This document shows, in pieces, positions 27,038 to 38,938 of a stretch of DNA of 64,000 bases. The translations under genes were made by a program, and so were the position numbers. The DNA is taken from the NCBI GenBank assembly GCA_965240325.2, contig OZ251224.1:3038001-3102000 (forward strand). The letters run 5' to 3'. How positions within the stretch are numbered: the first letter of the stretch is position 1; each line of letters starts with the position of its first letter. This DNA is from Rebecca billardiae RCC1528. Taxonomy: Eukaryota > Protista > Haptophyta. A model generated the notes under the pieces. The model was not told where the DNA came from. It did no database searches and saw only the letters and a list, made by a program, of their open reading frames with translations.

Positions 27038-30021
27038 CCCCGGCGTTAGACTGCCCTGAGGCTTGCAAACCAAGCCCCCCAAAACCCCTCGCGCGGCGAA
27101 AGGCACCGTCCCTTAGGAGTCGATGCCTTCCGGGAGCTCTTTGAATACGCGTTGCGCGTGCGCGGGCACTCCCGGACAGCCGCCGCCAAGAAGGCCAGCC
27201 TGCGCGCGCCCTGCTCGGTCGTCCGCCGCGGCGCGTGCGCGTCGAGGCGCATGACGGGCTTTGCCGTGCACGTCGTGCCCGTGCTCGCGGCTCATGCACG
27301 CCTCACGACCGAGATGCATGTCTTGCGCGCCCTCCTTTGGCTCGCACTGCGGTCTCCTCGCCGACAGCCTTGTGATCACGCGCGCCGCCATTTCAACCGG
27401 TTGCTGGCCTGCCAGCTGTCGAGCGTGTGTGCGCGGTCTGGTCGATGTCGGCATGGCTGCCGGCGAAGCAGTGATATTGAGTACTCCCATGCCCATCTCG
27501 CAGAAGCGAAAAAGCCGACCTTTGAATGCCCCAGGGGCGCACGCGTGCCCATCACGCTCGTCGGACAGGCCTTCTCCAGAACTGCGCTTGCCATCCGGCA
27601 GGTCTCTGCGCGCGGAGAGGGCGGCGAGGGCGTCGGCGAGGCGGCACGATTGCTGCCTACGGGTCTTCTAGCCCCCACAAAGTGCCCGCGCACGGCTGTC
27701 ACGCCCGCATGCGGCCTTGGGAGCGCTGCGCAGGCGGGCCCTCGCGTCGCCCAGTGCTCGCCATCCCGTTTTGGGGGGCTTGGTTTGCAAGCCTGAGGGC
27801 AACGGGGCTTATACTGCCCTGACCCAGGCGCCGCGTTTCGGCCCGCACTGGGGCGCGGCCAGGGCAGGCCAAGGCGGCTGCCCTGACCTCTCGTCTCGGC
27901 AGGCTGCCGGTGGGCTCCGACGGGCGACGGCTCCGCTACTCGCGTGCGACGCTTTCCGCCAAGCGCGATACCGGCCCGCCCACCCCGCGTTGAAGCGCGC
28001 TGGTGCACGAGCTCGCGTGTTGAGCGCCATGGACGCTCTACGTTGGGCAGCGCCTCGCTCGCTCGCGCCTGTGGAGCCGCGCGCGCGCGTGCGCGCATGC
28101 TCAAGAGCCGCCGCCCGGCAGAGCTGATGTACGCACGCGAGAGCACCGCCTTGATGCTGACCAGCGCGGTGGCTCGCATCTCGCAAGATGAGACGAATCC
28201 GATGTTTGCTTTCACCGCCTTGGAGCCCTCTCGCGCGTGGCCACCACAAGCACGCGCGTGCGCACGCACTGAGCAGCGCAGCGCAACACGACGCGTGTGC
28301 TCTTCTCGCGCTGCCATCCATCTCCCGACGCAGAGGGCTCGAGCCTGTGCGCGCGCCTTGCCCTGCAGATGTGCGTATGCTCGCTGAACAGATCCGTGGG
28401 GGCGCCGAGCAGTCGGCGGCGTGCAGGTTGGGGGAGCAGCTTGAGAGTTGGCCTTGCGCCGCTGCTGCAGAGCCTAAGTCTCCCGGGACGCAGCCCTGGC
28501 GGCGCTGGGGGCGCGCACAGCGCGCGCTCGTACGGCCGTGGATGCGGCCGTGCAGGCCGAAGCCGCCTCTGGGCAGCCGCGAGAGAGCGCGCGGCGCCCT
28601 CCCATGCCGCGCGCCTCGCTCGCGCCACGTTCGCCTCGTCTCAGGCCAGCGCGTACGCGCACGCGAGCGCGAGCGCCAGCCGTGCACGCAGCCAACTGTC
28701 ATCAGCTCGCGCCGGTGCGGGCCGCTGTGCGGTCGGCGTGAGTCAGGCGAGCCGCCGGGTGAGCCATTGGATGAGTTTGAGATGTCTTTGACGTGTAAAC
28801 TGCTTCTCGCATCGTCGCGCTCGCGCGCCCGTGCCCCCGCGCCCGTGCTGTCATGTGACGATGCGTACGCAGCTTGTGCTACTTGCAGTGTGGCGGCCCA
28901 GCGCACACAAGTCTTGGAACACCTCAGATATGCACGTCGAAAGGAGAACGGCGTAGCTTCCGCACGGGGCGTGAGCGAGCTCATGCTAGACGAGGTCATT
29001 TGCTTAGCTGCTTAGCACCAACGAGATCTCAACCTCACCCGGCGGCTCGCCTGACTCCGCCGACCGCACAGCGGCCCGCGCCCGCGCGAGCTGATGACAG
29101 TTGGCTGCGCGCACGGCTGGCGCTCGTGCACGCGTGCGCGTACGCGCTGGCCTGAGACGAGGCGAACGTGGCGCGAGCGAGGCGCGCGGCATGGGAGGGC
29201 GCCGCGCGCTCTCTCGCGGCTGCCCAGAGGCGGCTTCGGCCTGCACGGCCGCATCCACGGCCGTACGAGCGCGCGCTGTGCGCGCCCCCAGCGCCGCCAG
29301 GGCTGCGTCCCAGGAGACTTAGGCTCTGCAGCAGCAGCGCAAGGCCAACTCTCAAGCTGCTCCCCCAACCTGCACGCCGCCGACTGCTCGGCGCCCCCAC
29401 GGATCTGTTCAGCGAGCATACGCACATCTGCAGGGCAAGGCGCGCGCACAGGCTCGAGCCCTCTGCGTCGGGAGATGGATGGCAGCGCGAGAAGAGCACA
29501 CGCGTCGTGTTGCGCTGCGCTGCTCAGTGCGTGCGCACGCGCGTGCTTGTGGTGGCCACGCGCGAGAGGGCTCCAAGGCGGTGAAAGCAAACATCGGATT
29601 CGTCTCATCTTGCGAGATGCGAGCCACCGCGCTGGTCAGCATCAAGGCGGTGCTCTCGCGTGCGTACATCAGCTCTGCCGGGCGGCGGCTCTTGAGCATG
29701 CGCGCACGCGCGCGCGCGGCTCCACAGGCGCGAGCGAGCGAGGCGCTGCCCAACGTAGAGCGTCCATGGCGCTCAACACGCGAGCTCGTGCACCAGCGCG
29801 CTTCAACGCGGGGTGGGCGGGCCGGTATCGCGCTTGGCGGAAAGCGTCGCACGCGAGTAGCGGAGCCGTCGCCCGTCGGAGCCCACGGGCAGCCTGCCGA
29901 GACGAGAGGTCAGGGCAGCCGCCTTGGCCTGCCCTGGCCGCGCCGCAGTGCGGGCCGAAACGCGGCGCCTGGGTCAGGGCAGTATAAGCCCCGTTGCCCT
30001 CAGGGCAGTCTAACGCCGGGG
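27038..30021. mobile_element. Foldback element with about 1-kb TIRs and probable 9-bp TSD (Mutator-like)
   Basis: GCTCTCGCA|CCCCGGCGTTAGAC...GTCTAACGCCGGGG|GCGCTCGCA (8/9 match); loop about 28764-29032. Confidence 0.7.
27060..27793. mobile_element. PIF/Harbinger-like MITE, copy 2, TSD TGA
   Basis: Same TIR and interior as 18049-18781; empty site CCCTCAGGG at 29997-30005. Confidence 0.85.
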
Positions 30022-30610
30022 GCGCTCGCAGCTCGCATGTAGCTTCGCTCGCCGCTCCAGGGCCAGCGTCTCCGCTCCTGTGGTAGTCTGCCAGGCATGA
30101 CGGTGATTGCTTTTTGAATTGGGATTTTTCTGCAGCTTCTGTCGTGTATGGCTCTGGAGCTCTTCCTGGGGGTGTCTGCAAGGATCGGATGGGCTCGAGA
30201 GCTCGCGCACGCGCTGGCAGCCTCCCTCCGAAGGCTACGTGCACTGCTCGCTTTCACCCATCCAGGAGCGCAGGGTAAGAATCCGAGCAGGGCGCCCGTG
30301 CGGGCAGGCGTACGATCAAAGATCACAGCAGCGGTCGCTTGCACAAGCCAAGCGACAATGGAGGTAGATTACAGGCGCCAATGTGCGTAGATACCTCAAG
30401 CACGTACATGTCACGCAACCCGCAACGCCACACGCGCCGTCGCGCCCGTGGTGTCCGCGTGGGCGCTCCCTCGTTGTGCGAGAGATGGCCCACGCTGGGA
30501 GCGATGGGCAGCCATCTCGCGAGCCGCGGCAACGCTTTTGAGCCGGACTGGCGCCCCGAGGGGACTATCTCCCTTGCGGAGGCTCACTCTCAACTCATCG
30601 CGAGGTCGCC

Positions 30611-31592
30611 GCTCGCCAGTGGCACTCGCCCGCCCGCCGCCGTGCACGGCGGCGGAGCCGCTCGCGCCGTGCGCTCCTGCGGCTGTCGAGTCGGGCCTCG
30701 GAGGCGGCGCGGGGCTTGAGCCGTCGCAGAGCCGCCCGGCGTCCCTCGCTGCGCCGCGCGCCTTCCTCGTCCTCGCCTCCTCCGCGCCTTGAAGCAGCAC
30801 GCACACGCGCGGCACCGCCACAAGCGCAGCGCAGGCGCTCGCGTGCAAGCGCGCGCGCGCAGCGCGCGACGGGCTCGACTCGGGGCTCGAGTCTCTACGG
30901 GGGCATGCAGCGCTATCGCATGCGCGCGCGACGCCACCTTGAGCCTGCGCGTTTGACCGTCAGTGGACGCTGATGCACGTTCAAAATGTTCTGACATGGC
31001 CGATCATCACACGTGCACGGAAAGCATGCACAATGGGCGTTGCGTGCGTCGACGCGATCGATGCGGAGACGGTCATGCTTGCGTGCGCCTCTCTTGGGAT
31101 CTCCGCACTGTCTGTGAAGCGCCGTATACATAGCTGTCATCGTGTCTTGTCTAAGAAGTCGTCCTGACGCATGGCAGGTGATGGTCAGACTGTGGCCTTC
31201 TTTCACAGAAGACGTGTGAGCATTAATTTTGGGGCGCGCCCAGCACAGCGATGCGCGGGCTCGAGGAGGCATCGCGCGCGCATGCGATAGCACTGCATGC
31301 CCCCGCAGTGGCTCGAGCCCCGAGTCGAGCCCGTCGCGCGCTGCGCATGCACGCTTGCACGCGAGCGCCTGCGCTGCGCTTGTGGCGCTGCCGCGCGTGT
31401 GCGTGCTGCTTCAAGGCGCGGAGGAGGCGAGGACGAGGAAGGCGCGCGGCGCAGCGAGGGACGCCGGGCGGCTCTGCGACGGCTCAAGCCCCGCGCCGCC
31501 TCCGAGGCCCGACCCGAAAGCCGCAGGAGCGCACGGCGCGAGCGGCTCCGCCGCCGTGCACGGCGGCGGGCGGGCGAGTGCCACTGGCGAGC
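30611..31592. repeat. Foldback/inverted repeat (arms about 320 bp, loop about 340 bp); TSD not found
   Basis: 30611-30930 is the reverse complement of 31273-31592. Confidence 0.85.
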
Positions 31593-31937
31593 TGCCCGAG
31601 AGCGAGGCAGCGAGCGCCGAGCGGTCAATTAATGATTAATACTTTCGGAACCGTTGCGGTTTCTATTTGTCCGGAGTCTGAATACGGGAATTGAACCATA
31701 TCCAGACTCGCGAGATACAATAGATGATCATTGACGATGAATCATGATCATCGATAGTTTTTTTTATTATAAAAAAACTGTGCCCTGGCGGGCGGGCGGG
31801 GGGGGGGGGTCGGCCCACCAGCCCCACCTACGCCCTTCAGGGAATTCCGGGCCCGGCGGGCGGCGGCGGAGCTCCCCGGCTTGGCCGAGGCCTCGCTGAC
31901 TCATAGCTCGTCGAGCTCAAGACGGGCACGCCCCGAC

Positions 31938-32753
31938 ATGCCCAGCGGCCGGTCGCTCTGGCTGCTACTCGCGGTCGCTCAACCATCGACATCGTTTGCG
32001 GCCGCGCCCGCGAGCGCGCTCACGCCTTCGGAGGCATCCTCGGAGCGCACGCCCGCTGCGTCGCCTGCCGCGCGGGTACTAGTCGGAAATGCCTCGCAAG
32101 CAGCCTCGTTCGAGTACCAAAAGCTCTACGAGACCCTTGATAAGAAGGCCAACTACCATAATCCTAACTTCGCACTGGAGACGACACTGGTCCCATTCAC
32201 GTCCCAGTGGATGCGACTTCGCGGAGCCAAATTGACGGCTCCGGGCCGTGTCATCTCCCTCGGATGCTCAACTGGTCTCGGCGTGTTCACGCTCGCGAAG
32301 CTGGGACTGGACGCATACGGCGTCGACGTGTCGTCGATCTCAGTTGCCACTGCGCACGCGCTGAAGCGGGATACCATGTGCAAATATCCTCCTTGCATTC
32401 AACAGGCCAGTTTGGTGTCGCTCCCCTTTACAAGCGGCTACTTCGTTGCTGGCCTCTCTGCGGACGTGCTCGAGCACATCACGCCGAGTGACGTGCCATT
32501 AGTGGCAGCAGAGATTTCTCGAGTGGTCCAGAGTGCTCTCTTTCTTCGCATCGCCTCTATTCCGGAGGTCAATAAGGTCTACGTGGATGGGCAGCTGCAG
32601 CGCCTGCACCTCACCACTGAGGACGAGAAATGGTGGTTCAAAACGTTTGCCGTGCATGGCTGGCGGAAAATGTCCTCGTCGATGTGGGTCGGCATGCGCA
32701 AGAGCTTCCCAGCCTCAAGCAAGGCTACTGCATACCTCGCCCTGGAACGCTAG
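31938..32753 (+). CDS. Class I SAM-dependent methyltransferase with signal peptide, intronless
   Basis: MPSGRSLWLLLAVAQ leader; VISLGCSTG motif I, YGVDVS, SLPF..ADVLEHI and LHLT..EKWW. Confidence 0.8.
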   Translation: MPSGRSLWLLLAVAQPSTSFAAAPASALTPSEASSERTPAASPAARVLVGNASQAASFEYQKLYETLDKKANYHNPNFALETTLVPFTSQWMRLRGAKLTAPGRVISLGCSTGLGVFTLAKLGLDAYGVDVSSISVATAHALKRDTMCKYPPCIQQASLVSLPFTSGYFVAGLSADVLEHITPSDVPLVAAEISRVVQSALFLRIASIPEVNKVYVDGQLQRLHLTTEDEKWWFKTFAVHGWRKMSSSMWVGMRKSFPASSKATAYLALER

Positions 32754-32883
32754 GAACCGCAGGCAACCTGCACTCAGTTATGAGTTATCTCCCTCGGCCA
32801 CGGCCACGCAGGCCGGTGACCTTCTTTATAAAGTAGTTCTTACTCTTAGAATCACGAATGCGGTCCGACGGATATTTAGTTAT

Positions 32884-34171
32884 GGCCCGCGGTGCAGGGC
32901 GGAGCGCGCAGCGTGGAGCCCGCACCAGCGGGCCCGAACCACGTTTCAAAAAGATCTTTATGATCAAGAAAAAAGGGACGGGGGGCGGCGGAAAAAAAGG
33001 GACGGGGGGCGATTTTTAGGGCTGGCGGAGACCGAGTTTCGAGTTTTTGAGATCGCATTGAGAGGTCTATCAGGCCAAAAAAAAGCGCGCCCAGCTGATT
33101 CCCTTAAGTAAAGTGCGATCTGGACGTCAGCTGGACGTGACATTAGTGTAACGGTTCGTTACGAGCGAATCGTACTCGTCTTCCCGGATCGCGTGACGTC
33201 CGGACTGGGCCACATCCGGATCGTCGGAGGTGACGTGCCCCGGCACGATGGGCGATGGCGGATATGCGGGACGGCGCCTGCACGTGCCTCCGGACCCGCC
33301 TCCCGCTTGCTGCTCACGCAGTCAGCTGCGACCGTGGCGCATGATCGCAGAAGCAGTGCCGGCAGTACGGCCTGCATCAGCTAGTGCCGCGCCGTCGTGG
33401 CGCGCGCGGTACGGTTGCGCGTTTGCAGCGCTCGCCACTCGCCCTCGGCGACGGCACGCGCGTGCGGCTCAGGTGTGTCAAATGCGGTCTCGTCGGCGCG
33501 CTTTCGCCTGCCACCTCGTGCACCCGTGCCGCCAGTTTCATCGTCTTCATGAGGACTGCTGCTGCTGTCGCCATCCGCTCTCCATCACCCCGAGTCGCCG
33601 GTCGCGCGGCGCGCGCGGTAGGCACTAGGCAGGGCGTACGGTCACTCACCCGTGCAACGGGTCAAGTGGCCAGAGTACGTCTGGTCGTTGGCTGGCACGG
33701 GCCGCAGCGCTAAAGCACCCTGCTGTCACACCCGACTCCTTCAGTACTCCGAGCTCCGCGGCACGACTCACTCGGCACGATCGCGGACGGGTCGGATCCG
33801 AGCTGATCAGCCAGAGTTGGACACAGTTTGGCAGCTACTAGTAGTAATTCCGATGCCGATGGCACGATCGCGGACGGGTCGGATCCGAGCTGATCAGCCA
33901 GTTGGACATTTGGCAGCTAGTTGTCAGACGGACGTCCGATTTGACGACCGGTGCCGGGTGCGGTCTCAGGTCCGCTGCTGTGATTGTGTGAAGTGTGAAT
34001 GAGTCTCGCGGTCGCGCAGGCAGGGCGACGGTCGGACTAATATAGCTTCAGTCATCTCAGAACCGACTTCAACTGGCGAACTGCCACTACGGCGGAGAGC
34101 CGCGATTGCACGGCCACCGCGGGCCCCCAACTGCGTTGATTCTATGCAGAAAAGGACCGCGGAACGCGGTC
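32884..34171 (+). mobile_element. Helitron2-like family H1 copy 3 (different interior)
   Basis: First 280 bp and last 60 bp shared with copy 1, including the hairpin GACCGCG-GAA-CGCGGTC|AT; the middle appears unrelated. Confidence 0.75.
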
Positions 34172-34354
34172 ATTTTAAAACATTATTATTAGTCGTCACG
34201 TTCATTATTGTTAAACTTATTATAATTAAATTAAATGTAATAATCAACGTACTACTAGCGACTAGTATTAGTAGTAAAGTGCCGCTGCCTGTCCGAGTCG
34301 CGGCAGTGGCACACATGCCAAGTGACGGAACCTAGTGAACGGCTGAGTAATTAT

Positions 34355-35098
34355 GGCGCACCCCCCCCCGAAAGGTCTGAGCGTGAGCGAAAGCCGGGGC
34401 CGGGGGGCACGTGCTCTGCAAAATCAAAAAAGAGGATGCGCGCAGGATTTGGGGCTCGGGCACTGTGGCAGCAGCCCGCGCATGTGTGGTGACTGGTGTG
34501 GGTCGTCTCGGGTCGGCGCGAGTGCCAAGTCCGCCTCGGGGCCATCGGTCGAGGTTATCCTACCCTGCTTCGGCTCGGCTGCTCGCCGCCGTGCACGGGC
34601 CGCTCGCGCCGTGCGCTCCTGCGGCCGTGAGGTCGGATCTTGCATGCCGCTCTGCCTCGCTGCGTCGCCGTTACACTCACACTGAGCAGCAGCATGGCTG
34701 CATGGTCGCCCTCGGACTCGGCTGCACGGCTCATGCACCGTCGAGACTCGCGCGAGTGCCGAGTCCGCCTCGGGGCCATCGGTCGAGGTTATCCTACCCT
34801 GCTTCGGCTCGGCTGCTCGCCGCCGTGCACGGGCCGCTCGCGCCGTGCGCTCCTGCGGCCGTGAGGTCGGATCTTGCACGCCGCTCTGCCTCGCTGCGTC
34901 GCCGTTACACTCACACTGAGCAGCAGCATGGCTGCATGGTCGGCTCGGACTCGGCTGCACGGCTCATGCACCGTCGATACTCGAGTACCGTCCGACCGTG
35001 ACCGCGTCAAGGGCCGTAATAATCGTGAACGCGACAACTAGGGCCGCCGTGCGCCTTCAAATTCGTTGTTTACTACCCAAAGATCGGCGTAGCCGATC
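34355..35098 (+). mobile_element. Helitron2-like family H2 copy A
   Basis: AT|GGCGCAC start; subterminal GTGCGCC; terminal hairpin GATCGGC-GTA-GCCGATC|(AT)n; interior is a tandem duplication of about 234 bp. Confidence 0.75.
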
Positions 35099-35313
35099 AT
35101 ATATATATATATATATATATATTCATATATATATATATATATATATATATGGATATCATTATCATCAGCAGCATCAGTCGTCGTAATCCTGGAAACCCAC
35201 TAGAACAAAGGCACGACTTCACGCTGGGGACCAGCCCGTCGCAGGCCTTTTTTGACGCCCCTCTCCCCCCTTCGTCGGCCCACCGGGTCACATATGCGCA
35301 ATTCGCGTACCCG

Positions 35314-35790
35314 CTATAGTAGTTGCTGCCAATCGGCTTTGCGCGCGCCCTTGCTCAGCGGCTCGCCGTCCGCGCCGTGCGTGGGCAGGCCGCTGTCGTC
35401 CCACCTGCCGCCGGGGGGCGTCGGCCAGCGCCCGAGGGGCGGTGAGCGGCGGATGCAGGCGTGGCAGGCGTGGCGCGCGCGGCGCACGGCGCGCGGCGCG
35501 CACTGCGTGAACGGCGCCTCGCGTCCGAAGAGCACGTCGTTCTCGGGGCGGAACATCTGCTCGGGCGGCACGGCGCGCATCGCCAGCCGCGCCGCCTCCT
35601 TTGCCTGCACCGCCTCGCGCGCGCTTGCGCCTTCTTGCGCTCCTCCTTCGCCGCCGCCGCCGCCTATGCCTCGAGATCGGCGGGCGAGACGAGCCTCCAC
35701 TCGCCGAGAGCACGCGCACGCGCTCGCGGAACTCGGCGAGCACCTCGACGATCGGCCCTGCGATCTCCTCGCGCGAGAGCACAGCGGCGT
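35314..35790 (-). pseudogene. Cysteinyl-tRNA synthetase C-terminal fragment with a retained intron (35503-35405)
   Basis: VEVLAEFRERVR...VPPEQMFR...FTQ|WDDSGLPTHGADGEPLSKGARK resembles the eukaryotic CysRS C-terminus. No catalytic domain nearby, and the fragment is frameshifted. Confidence 0.6.
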
Positions 35791-35830
35791 TGTCGGCGGC
35801 GCCGGCGCGCCGGGAGGCGCCGGGCGGCGG

Positions 35831-36789
35831 TCATTCGACCCGCCTAGCCATCACCACAGGCCGTACAGGATGCGGTAGTGGTGTCGATGCAACGCGGGCC
35901 TTGACCACCGGCGGCAGCTGCGACCGCGGCCGCGGCTGCGCTGCGGCTGCTGCGGCGTCAGAGGTCGTGCCTGTGCTGCTGGTGCGCGTCCGCTGTCGCT
36001 TGGCGGCGCTCAACGCTTTGGTGCTCGAGCCTTGCTCCAGCCCATGCTTGTGCCGAATGTGCGCACCACTCGCAAGGCGCCTCATGGCAGCCAGCTTGTG
36101 CACAGCGCACCGGCTGGCGCGCGCGTCGCCCGGCATGCCGAACGAAGGCCGCTTGGTGCAGCCCGCGCGCTCACACTTGAGGTGCTTCAGGTCGACCATG
36201 CCAGCCAGCTTGTGCGCAGCGCACAGGCTGGCGCGTGCGTCGCCTGGCATGCCGAACGACGGCAGCTTGGTGCAGCCGGTGTGATCACACTTGAGGCTCC
36301 TGACGTTGACCATGCCGGCCAGCTTGTGCACAGCACACCGGCTGGCGCGCGCATCGCCCGGCATGCCAAACGAAGGGCACTTGGTGCAGCCTGCGTGATC
36401 ACATTTGGGCTTCACCACGTCGACCATGCCGGCCAGCTTGTGCGCCCAGCGCACCGGCTGGCACGCGCGTTGCCCGGCATGCCAAACGAAGGCTGCTTGG
36501 TGCAGCCCGCGTGAGCACACGTGCGGCTCCTCACGTCGACCATGCCGGCCAGCTTCTGCGCAGCGCACCGGCTGGCGCGCGCGTCGCCCGGCATGCCAAA
36601 CGACGGCACTGTGGTGCAGCGGGCGTGTCGACAGGGCACACGGGATGCGCGAATGAGAGACCTCGCACCGTCCCGACTGACTAACGCCAAAATGCATCGT
36701 GAGGCGATGGCGGCCTGATACTTGTACAAACGTTTCAGCCAATCACGAGCTTGGAGGTCCAATAATGTTGAGCTCCCGGACGTGTTCAC
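35831..36789 (-). pseudogene. EsV-1-7-type cysteine-rich repeat protein (5 repeats), frameshift at about 36446
   Basis: Repeated C..AGCTK.PSFGMPG.ARAS.CA.HKLAGMV.V units at about 36085-36630, split across two frames. Confidence 0.7.
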
Positions 36790-36793
36790 ACTA

Positions 36794-37387
36794 CAGGTGG
36801 ATACGGGCTAACTGGACACAGGGGCTATCTGGACACTCAGCGGGCGGCGGGCCTCGTGGCGAGGGCTCGTGGGCGAACGAGCACGAGCGCCCACTGGCGG
36901 GTCGCCACGACGGCGCACGATGTTCGCTGAACTCACCTGGTCGTGAGACGTCGTCTGCGCACGCGCCAGGTCGCGCTTCTCGCCGCCTTCGCCTTGTTTC
37001 GTGAGTCCCGCGCACAAGGGCGAACGCCAGCGTTTCAAGCCGCAAGGCGCGTGCGCGGACTCAGGAAGGGCGGACTCCGAGGCAAGGCGCGGTTGCGCTG
37101 GCGTGGGTAGGTCCCAGAGCAACCGTCCGAGCCGCTGCACACGCTTTTCCTCCGCGCGCGCGTCTCTGAGCTCGATTCCCATGCCTCAGCCAGTGCCAGG
37201 GGCTAATTGGACAGTGCCATTGCGGCCGCCACGCGCGGAGACGGGCCCGCAGCGCAGAAAGCGCGCTGCGGCGGAACTCCAGGGACCCCCTGAAGTCCGT
37301 CCCTGGCGCCCCTTCGACCCCAATGCTCCCAGGGAGGCCTCCGCGTGAGTTGGGTCGGCCACTGTCCAGATCACCCGTATCCACCTG
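36794..37387. mobile_element. Tc1/mariner-type (Stowaway-like) MITE, TA TSD
   Basis: TA|CAGGTGGATACGGG...CCCGTATCCACCTG|TA. Confidence 0.8.
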
Positions 37388-37490
37388 TAATCGCCCTTCG
37401 TGGAACGCCCTGTGCCGTGCCGGTGGGAGGGCCAACCTTGGGAGGGCGATCTTCCATCAGACGACAGACGCAGTCGCTCTGTGCATACCG

Positions 37491-38918
37491 ATGCGCTCCG
37501 ACGCCGCCGCGAGAGCGCGCATGTTGATGATGACATGGGCTGTGATGCTGTCATCATCGTGTCATGGAGCTCTCGGTGGCGTTCATCCTCGCTCGGCCCG
37601 ACCTTGGGCGGTCGTTCATGTCGGGCCGCAGAAGACTGGGAGCAGCAGCCTACAGTGGCACCTCCTTACCGCTGAGAACCGGACGGCATTCGCACGGCTG
37701 CTCGTTGTCAACGACCGCGTAGACGTGCCTTGCACGCCTCGCGTGCTCTCAGCGGGCGGGCCTCCTCACTGCGGTGGGCGCCGGGCGGGCCCTAAAGGCC
37801 ACATGGACATCGCGAGTGCGCTGTGCACCTGGTCGCACGGCGGGCAGAGCGAGTGGAGTGGATTCGTCGCGCAGCTCAACGTGACTGCGCGCAGCTTGCG
37901 CAACGTGATTCTCTCGAGCGAGTTATTCTCGCGCTCGGGCGTGCGTGGAGAGCAGCTGCTCGCTGCAATGCGCCCGACACACAGTGTGCGTGTGGTCCTC
38001 GTGTACCGCCACTTCTTCGAGTGGGTTGTCAGCAAGTACCACCAGAAATACAAGGTGGACGGATCGCCCTCGGTATATGAGCGGTGGACGCTCCAGACGC
38101 GCGCCTTAGGGCTGCACCTGACGCTGCGCGAGTTCCTCGACGAGTGGAGACTGCACCCAGATGTCCATGATGTCTCGCCCTTTGGTGCACACGCGCTGTG
38201 GACGGCGAGCGTGGCCCGCACCGACGCCGGCGGCGGCGGCGCAGCGAGCGTCGAGGTGCTCAACATGCACGAGGAGGAGCGCGGGCCCCTCCTGACGCGC
38301 TTCATGTGCGAGCACACGGGGGCGACGCACGTGTGCGACTGGCTGAGAAACAACGGCAACGGCCAGGCGGCTGCCTCCTCGGCGCACAAGAATCAGCGCG
38401 GCTCGTTCGCGCGTGCGGCGCTGGCTGACATCGTCGTCGCTGCTGCCCGGCGCGGACTGATTCCGGCCGATGACCCGAGGTGGCAGATGCCCATGAGGAA
38501 GGCGTTGGATGCCACCGCCGCCAATGACCTCAACGGTGCAGGGGGCGAGCCACCACATGCGTGCGTGCCCGAGGCCGAGCTGGAGTGGGTCTGGAAGCGC
38601 TCGCTCTCGGACGCGCAGCACCTCGTTCCAGGGTGGCTGGACGTGCGCCGACTGCGCTCTGCATTCGAGGCCAAGCTGCCTGGCGCCAAACGCCAGCATC
38701 CTGCTGGCATCTCCGCCTCCAATAACACATTTTTCTGCTATGGGGACGCGGACGCGGCGCTCGGCAGAGCGGGCAGCGGCAGGGATAGCAGCGGCAAGCT
38801 GGGCACTGGCGTGCTCAACCTGGTCAATGCCACGCTGCTGAGTGCACTCTGGCGAAATCTGACTGAACTGCCCCGCTACCCGGAGTGTGCTCCTCCAGGA
38901 CACTTTTTTTGGACGTAA
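37491..38918 (+). CDS. Sulfotransferase-like P-loop-fold protein with signal anchor, intronless
   Basis: VVHVGPQKTGSSSLQ (5'-PSB-like), VILSSELF and VYRHFFEWVVSKYHQ (3'-PB-like) motifs; hydrophobic N-terminus. Confidence 0.7.
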   Translation: MRSDAAARARMLMMTWAVMLSSSCHGALGGVHPRSARPWAVVHVGPQKTGSSSLQWHLLTAENRTAFARLLVVNDRVDVPCTPRVLSAGGPPHCGGRRAGPKGHMDIASALCTWSHGGQSEWSGFVAQLNVTARSLRNVILSSELFSRSGVRGEQLLAAMRPTHSVRVVLVYRHFFEWVVSKYHQKYKVDGSPSVYERWTLQTRALGLHLTLREFLDEWRLHPDVHDVSPFGAHALWTASVARTDAGGGGAASVEVLNMHEEERGPLLTRFMCEHTGATHVCDWLRNNGNGQAAASSAHKNQRGSFARAALADIVVAAARRGLIPADDPRWQMPMRKALDATAANDLNGAGGEPPHACVPEAELEWVWKRSLSDAQHLVPGWLDVRRLRSAFEAKLPGAKRQHPAGISASNNTFFCYGDADAALGRAGSGRDSSGKLGTGVLNLVNATLLSALWRNLTELPRYPECAPPGHFFWT

Positions 38919-38938
38919 TAATATATCAGTAGTATAAT

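Noticed and set aside
37323-37490. N-terminal extension of the sulfotransferase-like ORF
   Set aside because: It starts at a non-ATG codon inside the MITE. The real start is more likely 37491 or 37521.
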